This document shows, one piece after another, positions 26,251 through 35,947 of a stretch of DNA of 64,000 nt (the first letter of the stretch is position 1; the number at the start of each line of letters is the position of its first letter). The notes beneath the pieces were generated by a model. It searched no databases. It was not told the origin of the DNA and was given only the letters and a program-made list of their open reading frames with translations. The translations under genes and the position numbers were made by a program. Source of the DNA: Thermodesulfobacteriota bacterium (GTDB taxonomy: Bacteria > Desulfobacterota > Desulfobacteria > Desulfobacterales > SURF-7); contig JBMORA010000063.1 of NCBI GenBank assembly GCA_049320885.1, forward strand, positions 1 through 64,000, read 5' to 3'.

Positions 26251-28650
26251 CTACCCCCTGTAGGCCCAATCCCGGTTCACCGCATGGATGTCTCCGGCGA
26301 ACTCCTTTCGTTTTTTATAATCCATGCAAGCCTGCCGGGCGGCTGGATAGTCGGCGAACCTCCCGACAAAAACACGGTAATAGGCCCCCTTGCCTTCCAC
26401 TTGCGAATACACCAGAAAACATTCATACTTCATCCGAGTCAACTCTTTGATTCGTTCCAACGCATATCGTTGGTGCGGAAAGGAATTGACATGGATACTA
26501 TATGCAACGGTTTCCGGCCATTCATAGCCGGACGAAACCACTGGATTTTCCGCCCGGCTCACCTCCGGGGATGGAGCGGCCGGAGTCCCGGAAGGTTCTG
26601 CCGGCGGCGGCGGGACATTCCCATCGATCTCAAGGCCTGAACCGGTTTCCTGCCGGGGAACAGCCGGCGGTATGGTGGGAGCCGTCTCCATTCCTTTCGG
26701 CTGAGCGTCTCCGCTCGCTCCGGTCCGGAAACCGGGCTGATCCGACAGGCTTTTCCCGTTTTCGCTGCTTTCGTTCCCAATTTCGGCGGAAGATTTGTCC
26801 GCTTCCAGATTGTCAACTCGGAATTCGGGCTCGTCAAGGGATTCGGTTTGGCGTTTCAGCGTATTTTCGTATGGTTCCTCAAGGGAAAAATGGTCCTCAC
26901 TCCCGGACCAGATCTGGGTCGCTTCCAGGCTTGGAATTTCCTGGTTCCGGACAACAATGGGCGTTATCGACATGATCACATCGGTGCTGATATCATTCCG
27001 GCCCTCGTTCCGGAACAGCCTGCCGAAAATGGGTATTTCACCGATGTAGGGGATTTTCCGGATTGTTTCGCGCTCCTCATCGCTGATCAGGCCGCCGATA
27101 ATCACGGGCTCGCCGTCCCGGATGGACAATACGCTCTTGGCGGTCCGGGTGCGGATGGAATACTGGGGATCGTCCGCCGTTCCAATGTTGGGGCCCAGCG
27201 CGCTGATTTCCAGACTCAATTTAAGAGAGATCTCGCCGTGAATGTTGATTGTCGGCTCCGCATCCACCTTGACCCCCACATCCTGGTATTGGTAATCGTA
27301 GGTGATGTTGCCGGTGGCGTCCAAGCGCCGGTTGGTCCGCAAGGGAACCCGCTCACCCACATGAATTTTGGCTTTTTCCGTATTTCTGACGCGCAGCTGT
27401 GGATTGGCCAGAACCTGGGTATCACCGTCCTGTTTCAGAAAATGCAGCGTGGCCGTGGGCAATGACATCAGGAATTCCTTGTTTGTCGAATGGCCCAGGG
27501 CATAAAAGGAGGCATAACTCGCCAGCTTGCTGTCGCTGCTGATTTCCGGCGCGCTCTTCCCCATGCCGAACGTCACGGAAGCCGGGTTGACCTCCAGCCC
27601 CAGTTGTTTTTCCTTCGTCCTGCTGACCTCCAGTATTTCCACATTTAACAGCACTTCCGAGGGAAGGCAATCGTTGGCTTCGAGTATCCGGGAAGCAATC
27701 TCGAGTACGTCTTCCCGGCCCCGGAGGACCACCGCATTCACTTTCTCGTTTGCGATGATGTCCTTGCTGCTCAACAGCTTCGTCAGCAACCCCACGGCCT
27801 TTTTCGCGTCCAGGTTCGCCAGATAAAACGTACGAATTTTAAGATCCTGATATTCCTTGATTTTTGCTTGTGTATTCGGATAGATAAGCAATGTTCTCTC
27901 GCTAACCAGTTTCATGGCCAGATTATTGCTTTTCAGCAGCACCTCCAGGAAACGCTCGAAGGAAACATCGGTCATGAAGAGCGTCACCTTGGTGTCGGCC
28001 AGATCCTTGTCAAAAATGAAGTTGACATCCGAGAGTCTGGACAGGACTTCAAACACATTGAAGATGGAGGTTTTTTTAAATTTGAAAGAAACCGGTTCCT
28101 TCAACTCTATCCCCAGGCGCCCCCTGGACGACGGAAGATTCTCCCGTCGGATGTCTTCCAGAACCTTGCGGGCTTCCTCGTTGGACGGATCAAGCGTCAG
28201 GGCCTCTTCAAGGGATTTGCGGGCCTTCCCGTATTTCTGTGATTTCAAATAGTCCACGCCCTTTTGAAAATACAGGATGGAATCTTTCATCTGTCTCGTT
28301 TTTTCAATCAGCTGAAGCGCTTTTTGATTGGACGGGTTGAAGGCGATACTCAACTGAAATTCGGTGATGGCATCATTGTACATTTTTTGTGCCAGCAGGG
28401 ATTGCCCCTTGTCCATATGGGCGGATGAGGCTTTGTTTTTCGCCTTCAGGAGGCTCATGAGGATGATCTTGTCTTCCGGGTTCTCTTCCAGTTTCTGTTT
28501 GTAGTACTGGACGCTCTTGTCCCAATCGTCCCCAATGGGGTGCCGGGGTTCGCCTTGGAGATAGCTCCCTGTATTGCCGCATCCGGCAATCGCCAGAACC
28601 AGCCAGCCGATGACCGCCGGGAAAAGAAAACGATGAATTATCCGGTTCAT
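26251..28650 (-). CDS. gspD: Secretin (GspD/PulQ-like) lipoprotein with N-terminal TPRs and C-terminal SPOR domain
   Basis: Lipobox IAGC, TPRs, secretin motifs (LANPQLR, IIGGLI, KIPYIGEIPIFGRLF, ITPIVV), Pro-rich linker, SPOR (YSIHVNSF...YRVFVGRF). Confidence 0.9.
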   Translation of the reverse strand: MNRIIHRFLFPAVIGWLVLAIAGCGNTGSYLQGEPRHPIGDDWDKSVQYYKQKLEENPEDKIILMSLLKAKNKASSAHMDKGQSLLAQKMYNDAITEFQLSIAFNPSNQKALQLIEKTRQMKDSILYFQKGVDYLKSQKYGKARKSLEEALTLDPSNEEARKVLEDIRRENLPSSRGRLGIELKEPVSFKFKKTSIFNVFEVLSRLSDVNFIFDKDLADTKVTLFMTDVSFERFLEVLLKSNNLAMKLVSERTLLIYPNTQAKIKEYQDLKIRTFYLANLDAKKAVGLLTKLLSSKDIIANEKVNAVVLRGREDVLEIASRILEANDCLPSEVLLNVEILEVSRTKEKQLGLEVNPASVTFGMGKSAPEISSDSKLASYASFYALGHSTNKEFLMSLPTATLHFLKQDGDTQVLANPQLRVRNTEKAKIHVGERVPLRTNRRLDATGNITYDYQYQDVGVKVDAEPTINIHGEISLKLSLEISALGPNIGTADDPQYSIRTRTAKSVLSIRDGEPVIIGGLISDEERETIRKIPYIGEIPIFGRLFRNEGRNDISTDVIMSITPIVVRNQEIPSLEATQIWSGSEDHFSLEEPYENTLKRQTESLDEPEFRVDNLEADKSSAEIGNESSENGKSLSDQPGFRTGASGDAQPKGMETAPTIPPAVPRQETGSGLEIDGNVPPPPAEPSGTPAAPSPEVSRAENPVVSSGYEWPETVAYSIHVNSFPHQRYALERIKELTRMKYECFLVYSQVEGKGAYYRVFVGRFADYPAARQACMDYKKRKEFAGDIHAVNRDWAYRG

Positions 28651-28699
28651 ACTCTCTCCTGCAACACTAACGCAATCAGTTCCTGCAAGTATTCCGACA

Positions 28700-29323
28700 T
28701 TATTGCGAAGCGTCTGTTGCTTTTGGAATTGACAACCCGTCCATATCCATCGCAACAGAGACATTCATGTCCTCCGATTTAAAAACAACGTCACGATCGG
28801 TAATCCGTTCCACCAGATATTTGCCATGAATACGATCACCCTCCCGGACCATCAGGACATCCTTGTCTTTTTCCAGGAAGAGGATCTTCTTCCCAGCTTT
28901 TTCATACAATCCGAATATCCGGAATTGCTGGATCTCCTCCCGGATCAGGGTCGCCGGATCCGATTCCTTGGCAGCAGCCTGCTCAGCCGTTTTCGTTTGG
29001 TTATCGCTTACTCCGGTCGAATTGCTGGTTTCCACCACCGCTTTCGGCATGGAGAACAAATCCCGGACGGTCTTGTCGGAATGCTGGGGCGGATTGATCA
29101 TCAGATCAAGCAGGACCAGTGCTTCCGTCCGTTCCGCAGGATTCTTATGAATCCGGTGGCTGGAAGCAGCCGCCTCCCCGGGTTTGCCCGTATATGTCAG
29201 GCTGTCCACGGTTTGCTGCTGGAACGGATTCAAAATCCGATGGATGACGGCCACGCATAAAACCATCAGTAATACAATCAGAATTTTGCCGTTACGACTG
29301 ATATTCATCAGGGCTATTTTCAC
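28700..29323 (-). CDS. PilP/PulP-like assembly protein
   Basis: N-terminal TM, RDLF motif, VREGDRI..KY.VERIT; position between the PilO-like gene and the secretin. Confidence 0.7.
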   Translation of the reverse strand: MKIALMNISRNGKILIVLLMVLCVAVIHRILNPFQQQTVDSLTYTGKPGEAAASSHRIHKNPAERTEALVLLDLMINPPQHSDKTVRDLFSMPKAVVETSNSTGVSDNQTKTAEQAAAKESDPATLIREEIQQFRIFGLYEKAGKKILFLEKDKDVLMVREGDRIHGKYLVERITDRDVVFKSEDMNVSVAMDMDGLSIPKATDASQ

Positions 29324-29330
29324 TCCGGAG

Positions 29331-29864
29331 TCACCTGCAATAAGTAGCGATGGCGAGCTTCAATTCCACCAATCCCGTACGGATTTCTTTTTTGATCGAT
29401 AAATGTTCTATGCAAAACAGGCTGGGGGAATTTTGAATCGCCGCCAGCAATTTCTTTATTGTTTCATATTGGTTTGTTATGGTGATGGAAGCTTCATAAC
29501 GCCACAGACCGAGGCCTTCGACCCGTTTCGGCTTGAACATCATGGCACCGGCATCCACCCCCTGGTTCCGGATGATTTCTCCGAGTTCCCGGGCTTTTTC
29601 GGAAACCACGGCCATGGAAGGCAAGGTATCCGCAAAAGCACGCAACGAATCTTCCGCCTTGCGATAGTGTTTTTCGGAATCCGCCGGTTCATCCCGCCGC
29701 AAATGCTGGGTGCGGATTTTCGAATACCGGATGCGGAGCTGGTCCACCTCGTTCTGCTGCTTGACGATGGCCCCCCAGTAAATCATCAGATTGATGACCA
29801 GGATCGATCCACACACGCTCCAGAAAATTTTATACACAGAAAAAATGGTGATCAACCGTCTCAT
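29331..29864 (-). CDS. PilO/GspM-like inner membrane platform protein
   Basis: TM plus coiled coil plus Y..IKKLL..IQNS; operon position. Confidence 0.75.
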   Translation of the reverse strand: MRRLITIFSVYKIFWSVCGSILVINLMIYWGAIVKQQNEVDQLRIRYSKIRTQHLRRDEPADSEKHYRKAEDSLRAFADTLPSMAVVSEKARELGEIIRNQGVDAGAMMFKPKRVEGLGLWRYEASITITNQYETIKKLLAAIQNSPSLFCIEHLSIKKEIRTGLVELKLAIATYCR

Positions 29865-29896
29865 GGCACCCTGTCATCCCGAAAGCAAAAAGTCCT

Positions 29897-30529
29897 TTAC
29901 CGGAAAATGCTCGTCCCGATGTTGCGGTAGTACGGATCGCTGAAAACCCCATTCCGGGAAAGCCGGCTTTCAATGGTGAACTGAATGCCGGATTCTCCGT
30001 TTCCCTCGCTTGTGGAATCCTTGTTCGGGTTCACCTGGAATGTCAGCAAGGTATTCCCGTCGAACAGCTTGGATTCTTCAAGCCGTTTAAAGAAAAAGGA
30101 TATCCTGTTTTCGGATTCCGCCCGTCCCTTCATCGTAAGTGTCTGAAAATCGTCCGCGGGTACAAAAGAAACCAGACAGAGTCCCGCGGGACTGCTTCTC
30201 TCCAACTCCTCCAATATTCGATTCCACGGATAAATATCGGTCGCGATCAACCGGTTGAATTGAACGACTTGATGTTCGATGGATTTGATCTGTTCCTTGG
30301 TTATCGCCTGTTGATCTTTCTGGCTGTCCTTGATTTTAACGGCGATTTCCTGCTCCTTTTGATAAATTTTCTTCTGGTATGTCTGGATTTGATCGGCGCC
30401 ATCGAAGAACTGACGGATCGTGTTGACGGAAATGAGTAAAATGACCGCGCTTGTGGAAAGAATCAGCAACAATGAAAGCCGCCTGTCGACATATTCAAAG
30501 GTTGCCAGATTGGTGTGAATCGCTTTCAT
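29897..30529 (-). CDS. PilN-like inner membrane platform protein
   Basis: NLAT motif, TM, coiled coil, W..IL.ELE...P; operon position. Confidence 0.78.
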   Translation of the reverse strand: MKAIHTNLATFEYVDRRLSLLLILSTSAVILLISVNTIRQFFDGADQIQTYQKKIYQKEQEIAVKIKDSQKDQQAITKEQIKSIEHQVVQFNRLIATDIYPWNRILEELERSSPAGLCLVSFVPADDFQTLTMKGRAESENRISFFFKRLEESKLFDGNTLLTFQVNPNKDSTSEGNGESGIQFTIESRLSRNGVFSDPYYRNIGTSIFR

Positions 30530-30541
30530 GGATACCTTTCC

Positions 30542-31474
30542 TTACCGCATCAGGCTCTGGGCGGCGCCCACAGCGGAAGCGACGGCAGATAATCGCTCCC
30601 GCTCCTTTTCTTTTTCCAGGTTCATATCCGTCAGGATCAAACGGCTTTCATCGATGATTTCAACCTCCATGTCGCTCAGGTTGCGAAATACATCCCGCAA
30701 TTCGCGGTGAAAGGCGACCTGGCTGCCGACATACAGACGTTCAATCTCTTTGTCCGGATTGACATTTGAATAATGCTGCATGGTCATATCGACATCCTGA
30801 AAGAAATGCAGATCCGAGAACCCCCGTTTGACGCTGTGATAAAAGGTCATGTTGGCGTCCTCGAAAACAAAAAAGGTAAAGCAGCTTTCATATAACCCCA
30901 AAAACGCGATGATCCCGGATCCCGGCAGCGCCCGCCTGTAAAAATTGAACTGATTGATTCCGGCGGGTTGAACGACAACTGGATCGAGTTTCAATTCCCT
31001 CAGCTTCAATTCATATTCCTGCACAACGGCTTTTATTGCAACGCTAACCAGGAGCAGGTTGTCATCTCCGCGAACGCTTTCCAGTCGTTGATAGGATATC
31101 CGGGTGCTGTCGGCCGGAAAGTGCATGGTTTTTTCCGTATGCCAGGCAAGCATCTTTTCCACCGCTTTTCGGGAAGAAGGCAGTTCTTCGAGCTTCTGGA
31201 TCGAAACCTTCACCACTTCGTTCGGTATGGCCAGCCCCACCCATCCCGGACCGATTCCCGCCTGCTGTATCGCCTCCCGCAACGTCGCAATCAAAAGGTC
31301 GGCGTCCGCCACATTTGTTTTCTGATACGACAGCTGGAGTGATTCGGAGGGCAGGGGCACGGTAATCCCGTTGATCAAACGCCAACCGAGCTTGTCCCGC
31401 ACTATTTTAGCGGCACTGATGGCGTTTGAACTGATCTCGATCCCGCACAGTTGTTTGTGAAAGCTGAAACGCAT
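30542..31474 (-). CDS. PilM-like actin-fold assembly protein
   Basis: GIEISSNAI N-terminal motif, C-terminal AVGAA; operon position. Confidence 0.8.
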   Translation of the reverse strand: MRFSFHKQLCGIEISSNAISAAKIVRDKLGWRLINGITVPLPSESLQLSYQKTNVADADLLIATLREAIQQAGIGPGWVGLAIPNEVVKVSIQKLEELPSSRKAVEKMLAWHTEKTMHFPADSTRISYQRLESVRGDDNLLLVSVAIKAVVQEYELKLRELKLDPVVVQPAGINQFNFYRRALPGSGIIAFLGLYESCFTFFVFEDANMTFYHSVKRGFSDLHFFQDVDMTMQHYSNVNPDKEIERLYVGSQVAFHRELRDVFRNLSDMEVEIIDESRLILTDMNLEKEKERERLSAVASAVGAAQSLMR

Positions 31475-31547
31475 CCTTAGGGTTCCTGGTGTTATCCTAG
31501 ATATCTAAAATACCATAAAATAACAATATATGCCAATGAAATCAATT

Positions 31548-33284
31548 TTATGCGTTCGGCTCAATGAAGGTGACCCGGTTTGCTTCCCGCAAGCTTGTAT
31601 TGCCATTCAGGACTTCCCGCAATGCGGCATGCCGCAAAAAAACGGTTCCCGCTTCGGATGCCTTTTTTTTAAGCCTGGAAGGACCGACCCCCCGATCCAT
31701 GAAAAGCGCCCGCAGATCATCATCCAGCTCAATGAGTTCGATAATGGCTTTCCGTCCATGGTATCCCGTCCCTTTGCAGCTGCTGCAGCCTTTGGCATCG
31801 TAAAATACCTTGTCCCCGTATAATTTGGGGTCCAGACCGGAATCCATCATTTCCTCATTGGTCAATCGTTGTTCCACCTTGCAATGACAGAGGGCCCGGA
31901 TCAGTCTCTGGGCAACGATGCAGTTCAGCGCCGACATCAGCTGGTATGGTTCGATCCCCATATGAATAAAACGGTTGATAACTTCAAAGGAGTTGTTCGC
32001 ATGGACGGTGGTAAAAACCAGATGTCCCGTGAGGGCCGACTGCAGGGCGATCTGGGCGGTTTCAGCATCCCGGATTTCACCCACCAGCATCTTATCAGGA
32101 TCATGGCGCAGGATGGAACGTAATCCCCGGGCAAACGTCAAACCGGTTTTTTCATTGACCTGAATCTGGGTAATCCCCTTCAGCTGATATTCCACCGGGT
32201 CCTCAATCGTTATGATCTTCACATCCTTGCTGTTCACCTCCGAAAGGGCGCGGTACAAGGTAGTCGTCTTGCCGCTGCCGGTGGGGCCGGTCATGAGAAA
32301 CATGCCATACGGGGCACGGATCATCCGCCGGATCCGGCCCAGTTCCCTTTCCGGCAATCCCACACTGTCCAGCCTGAAATCCCCGGCATCCGAAGCCATG
32401 ACTTCCCGATCCAATATGCGAATCACCGCATCCTCGCCATGGACTGTCGGAAGGATCGATACGCGGAAATCGATATTGCGATCCCGGACCTTCAATTTGA
32501 ACCGGCCGTCCTGGGGCACCCGTTTCTCGGAAATATCCAGTTCGGACATGACTTTTATCCGGGAGATGATGTGGCTCAAATGCTGTATATCGATGGGATC
32601 GGTGGCCTGGTGAAGCATACCGTCTATCCGATAGCGGATGATCACGCCGTTCTCGGATGTTTCAATATGAATATCGCTGGCCTGTTTATTGATGGCGTCC
32701 AGGATGGTGGAATCCACCAGGCGAACGATGGGGCTTTCCTCAGCGGATACTTTTTCAGCACTCAGGATGTTTTCGCCCCGGTCCGTTTCCCGGATGATGG
32801 AAAGGCGCATATCATCCGAAACACTGTCGAGTACGCTCTGGGAAGCCTCGATCTTTTTCAGCAGTTCCCCGACCCGTTTCTCGCTTGCGACCACCACCGA
32901 TATTTTCATATCGGTCAGCATTTCAAGCTCACTAATCACCTTGAAACAATAGGTCGGCTCCGCTGCCGCAATCACCAGTTCGTTTCCTTTTTTTTCATAG
33001 GGTACAAACAGGTAACGCGTCATGTACGGCAATGGCACTATATTCAACAATTCCGGATCATCTATCCCTTTCAGCTCGATATATTTGAATGAATATTGGG
33101 CCGCCATGATCTGGGCCAGTTGCTCATGGTCGATAAAACCTTCTTCAACACAGAGATGTCCCAGCATCTGTTTCGTAATCGTTTTTTTGGACATGACGAA
33201 TTCGAGTTGCTCGGCGGTCATGAACCCGAGCTTGACCGCCCAGTCGCCGAATTTCATCTTTTTAAACACATTGACAACCGTCAT
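31548..33284 (-). CDS. gspE: GspE/PilB-type secretion ATPase
   Basis: ASDIH, PQDGR, GPTGSGKTTT, TIEDPVE, LRHDPD, GEIRD, TGHLV and a tetra-Cys site. Confidence 0.95.
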   Translation of the reverse strand: MTVVNVFKKMKFGDWAVKLGFMTAEQLEFVMSKKTITKQMLGHLCVEEGFIDHEQLAQIMAAQYSFKYIELKGIDDPELLNIVPLPYMTRYLFVPYEKKGNELVIAAAEPTYCFKVISELEMLTDMKISVVVASEKRVGELLKKIEASQSVLDSVSDDMRLSIIRETDRGENILSAEKVSAEESPIVRLVDSTILDAINKQASDIHIETSENGVIIRYRIDGMLHQATDPIDIQHLSHIISRIKVMSELDISEKRVPQDGRFKLKVRDRNIDFRVSILPTVHGEDAVIRILDREVMASDAGDFRLDSVGLPERELGRIRRMIRAPYGMFLMTGPTGSGKTTTLYRALSEVNSKDVKIITIEDPVEYQLKGITQIQVNEKTGLTFARGLRSILRHDPDKMLVGEIRDAETAQIALQSALTGHLVFTTVHANNSFEVINRFIHMGIEPYQLMSALNCIVAQRLIRALCHCKVEQRLTNEEMMDSGLDPKLYGDKVFYDAKGCSSCKGTGYHGRKAIIELIELDDDLRALFMDRGVGPSRLKKKASEAGTVFLRHAALREVLNGNTSLREANRVTFIEPNA

Positions 33285-33303
33285 CCGGCACCAGCCCACA
33301 TGT

Positions 33304-34512
33304 CTATATGGTTCCGGCCATTTGAAAGATCGGCAGGTAAAGCGCCAAAACAATCAGGCCGATAACAAGTCCCATGAACACCATCAGCATCGGTTCTATG
33401 GCGGATGTCAGCACCGCCAATTTTGCGTCAACATCGCCGTCATAAAAATCGGCCACATCGCTTAATATCTGTGGAAGCGCTCCGCCGGTTTCTCCGGCTC
33501 CGATCATCCTGACCGCCAATTTCGGGAAGGTATCAATCCGTCGCAACGATTCGGAAAAGCCCCCCCCTTCGGCGATCTGCTTGACGACTTCTGCCAGTTG
33601 CGAGGTAATGGCCTGGTTACGAATGGTCCCGCTGGCGATCTGAACCGCATCCAGTAAGGGAATTCCCGCGCTTAAAAGCGTGGAAAGCGTCCGACAGAAC
33701 ATGGAAGTGATATAATTCCGATACAAGGTTCCCAGGAAACCCATTCTCAATTTTAATTGATCGAAAAACAATCCGCCGGAAACCGTTCGGCGGGCGCACA
33801 CGCCGGCCAGCCAGAGACAACCCGCAACTGCGATCATGGCAACAAAGTGATCGCGAAAAAAGGTGCTGACGGCGATTAACAGGTTGGTCATTTCAGGCAG
33901 TTTGTTACCGGATTCCAAAAAGGTCCCCGCAATGGTCGGAACCACATAGATCATCAGGAAAAACAAAACCGAAATGGATACAACCATCAGAATGATCGGA
34001 TAAATCGCGGCGGCAATCACCTTGCGCTTCAATTCCGCGCTCTTTTTCATGTATGCCAGATAGCGCGCGATGGTCGTGGGGATATCGCCACTTTTCTCTC
34101 CGGCCTTGAGGGACATGATATACAATTTTGAAAACAAATGGGAAAATTTGTCAAAAGCGCCGGACAACGATTCACCAGCCGTTATATCCTGACGGATCTC
34201 CAGCAACAAGTTGCGCAGCTCACTCTCTTCATTTTTTTCGATGATCGCACCAAGAGCCGCCACCACCGAAAGCCCCGCTTTCAGCAACACACCGAATTCC
34301 TGGTTGAAGGAAAAAAATTCCTTGTGGGAGATCTGCTTCCCCAACCTCAGGCGTGAACCGAGAAGCCGATCTCCTCCGGCGCGGGAAATATCCAGAACAA
34401 AATTTCCTTCGCTTTCCAGTTTCCTCCTCAAGGAAACCATGGAATCGGCAATAACCGTCTTCTCCTTGACCTGGCCTCCTGGAATGGCTATTTTATATCG
34501 AAATGTCGACAT
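33304..34512 (-). CDS. gspF: GspF/PilC inner membrane platform protein
   Basis: AGEKSG, YP, AGETGG, IEP and LPIF motifs. Confidence 0.95.
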   Translation of the reverse strand: MSTFRYKIAIPGGQVKEKTVIADSMVSLRRKLESEGNFVLDISRAGGDRLLGSRLRLGKQISHKEFFSFNQEFGVLLKAGLSVVAALGAIIEKNEESELRNLLLEIRQDITAGESLSGAFDKFSHLFSKLYIMSLKAGEKSGDIPTTIARYLAYMKKSAELKRKVIAAAIYPIILMVVSISVLFFLMIYVVPTIAGTFLESGNKLPEMTNLLIAVSTFFRDHFVAMIAVAGCLWLAGVCARRTVSGGLFFDQLKLRMGFLGTLYRNYITSMFCRTLSTLLSAGIPLLDAVQIASGTIRNQAITSQLAEVVKQIAEGGGFSESLRRIDTFPKLAVRMIGAGETGGALPQILSDVADFYDGDVDAKLAVLTSAIEPMLMVFMGLVIGLIVLALYLPIFQMAGTI

Positions 34513-34656
34513 GTTCGGATATCTTTTCCTAGCAATATCTGCGGAACATCACTGCCTCCGTCTTTATCCGCCCTGTACGGAAAAATAAGCCGGCCGGTCA
34601 TCAATCGTCCGGAGCAGCACATCCATTCGTCCGGCCGACCTTCGGACAACATTTCT

Positions 34657-34685
34657 ACTATGACCAATTATAAAAACATTGTCAA
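34657..34685 (-). promoter_or_regulatory. sigma70-like promoter for the T2SS operon
   Basis: TTGACA-17 nt-CATAGT in an AT-rich intergenic region. Confidence 0.55.
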
Positions 34686-34759
34686 GATATTATAATGAGT
34701 TAGATAGAAAGAAACATCCAGGAGGAGGTTTTTCCAATCGCCATACATATGGCGAGCAA

Positions 34760-35908
34760 TTACAGGCTGTCTAAAAATTCCAGATCTTTTGCCTGCGAAT
34801 TCTTGGTGCCTATTGACAATACTTCGATTTTATTATCTTTTATTTTTCTGAAATACAACCGCCCACGATAACCGAAAGTCACCTCCAAAACCGTTTCCCT
34901 GCTTTTCCTGTGGAAGACTTTCCGCTTGATATGAACTTTTGTGGCATCGTCGTTCAGCTGGTGGATGATTTCCTCGCTCTTGATCCGCATTTCATCGGAC
35001 AAGTCGATATACCCCTCCACGGCCCGCTTGTGCATGACCGTGTTCTTATATATCGCCCTGAACCTTTTGTGGGCCATATCAACCCCCTTGATCATCTGCT
35101 TGGGGTCGCGCTGGCTGCCTTTCTCCAGTTCCTTGATAATTTCTTTCAGCGTTTCGATTTCTTCATTCTGTTCTTCCTGAAGCAAAATGTTTTTTTCGAT
35201 CCGGGCTTCGAAATTGACGATTTCGTCGATCAGCTGATCCTCATTTTTCATGGCCCGCATTTTTTCGTTCTCCAGTTCGTTCTTCAGCTGTTCACATTTC
35301 AGCTGTAACTCCTCGCGGGTCCTTGAAAGGGTATCCAGTCTGTCCGTGTAGATCGTCTTGAGGTTCGCCAGTCGCTCGATTTCCCGGTTCGCCTCTTCCT
35401 CGCTCCTTTTGATTTTGCGGATGCCGGACCGATAGTATACAGAGATATACGCCAGCGCCATCAAGATATAAGCGACCAGAATCAGATTCGATAGAAAGGT
35501 GTTGTGGCCGATCTCGATATCAACGCTTACAAGCAGCCCCTCGTTCATGATCGCGAAATTTTCCGCCGCCACGGTCATGGGGTCGGACATGGCCATATTT
35601 TCCTGGGACATTTCAAAGAGCGCCGGATATAAAACAGTACCTTTCTTTGTCGCCACACTGATGGTCGACTTCACCCCCCAGGAGATCATCCGGCTGCTGT
35701 TCAGGAAATTGTGAATGTTCCTGGCGATGGCCGCGCGGATATGGATATTCCCGTTCAGCAGCTCACGAGTGTCGCCGATATAACATTTTTCGATGTCATT
35801 GGTGAAAACCGTTTTTGTGCGCCCTTCGATGATCAGCAGGGTGACGATATACAGAACGGGCGGCAGCAATATGCAGAGCGCCAGTATTTTTAAGGAAAAG
35901 AACTTCAT
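34760..35908 (-). CDS. Hypothetical membrane protein: two TMs, coiled coil, C-terminal globular domain
   Basis: Hydrophobic segments near residues 7-29 and 137-159, a long E/K-rich heptad region, co-oriented with neighbours. Confidence 0.85.
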   Translation of the reverse strand: MKFFSLKILALCILLPPVLYIVTLLIIEGRTKTVFTNDIEKCYIGDTRELLNGNIHIRAAIARNIHNFLNSSRMISWGVKSTISVATKKGTVLYPALFEMSQENMAMSDPMTVAAENFAIMNEGLLVSVDIEIGHNTFLSNLILVAYILMALAYISVYYRSGIRKIKRSEEEANREIERLANLKTIYTDRLDTLSRTREELQLKCEQLKNELENEKMRAMKNEDQLIDEIVNFEARIEKNILLQEEQNEEIETLKEIIKELEKGSQRDPKQMIKGVDMAHKRFRAIYKNTVMHKRAVEGYIDLSDEMRIKSEEIIHQLNDDATKVHIKRKVFHRKSRETVLEVTFGYRGRLYFRKIKDNKIEVLSIGTKNSQAKDLEFLDSL

Positions 35909-35947
35909 CGATTCTCAGGACCTACTTTTTCCGCAAACGCAGCCGGA

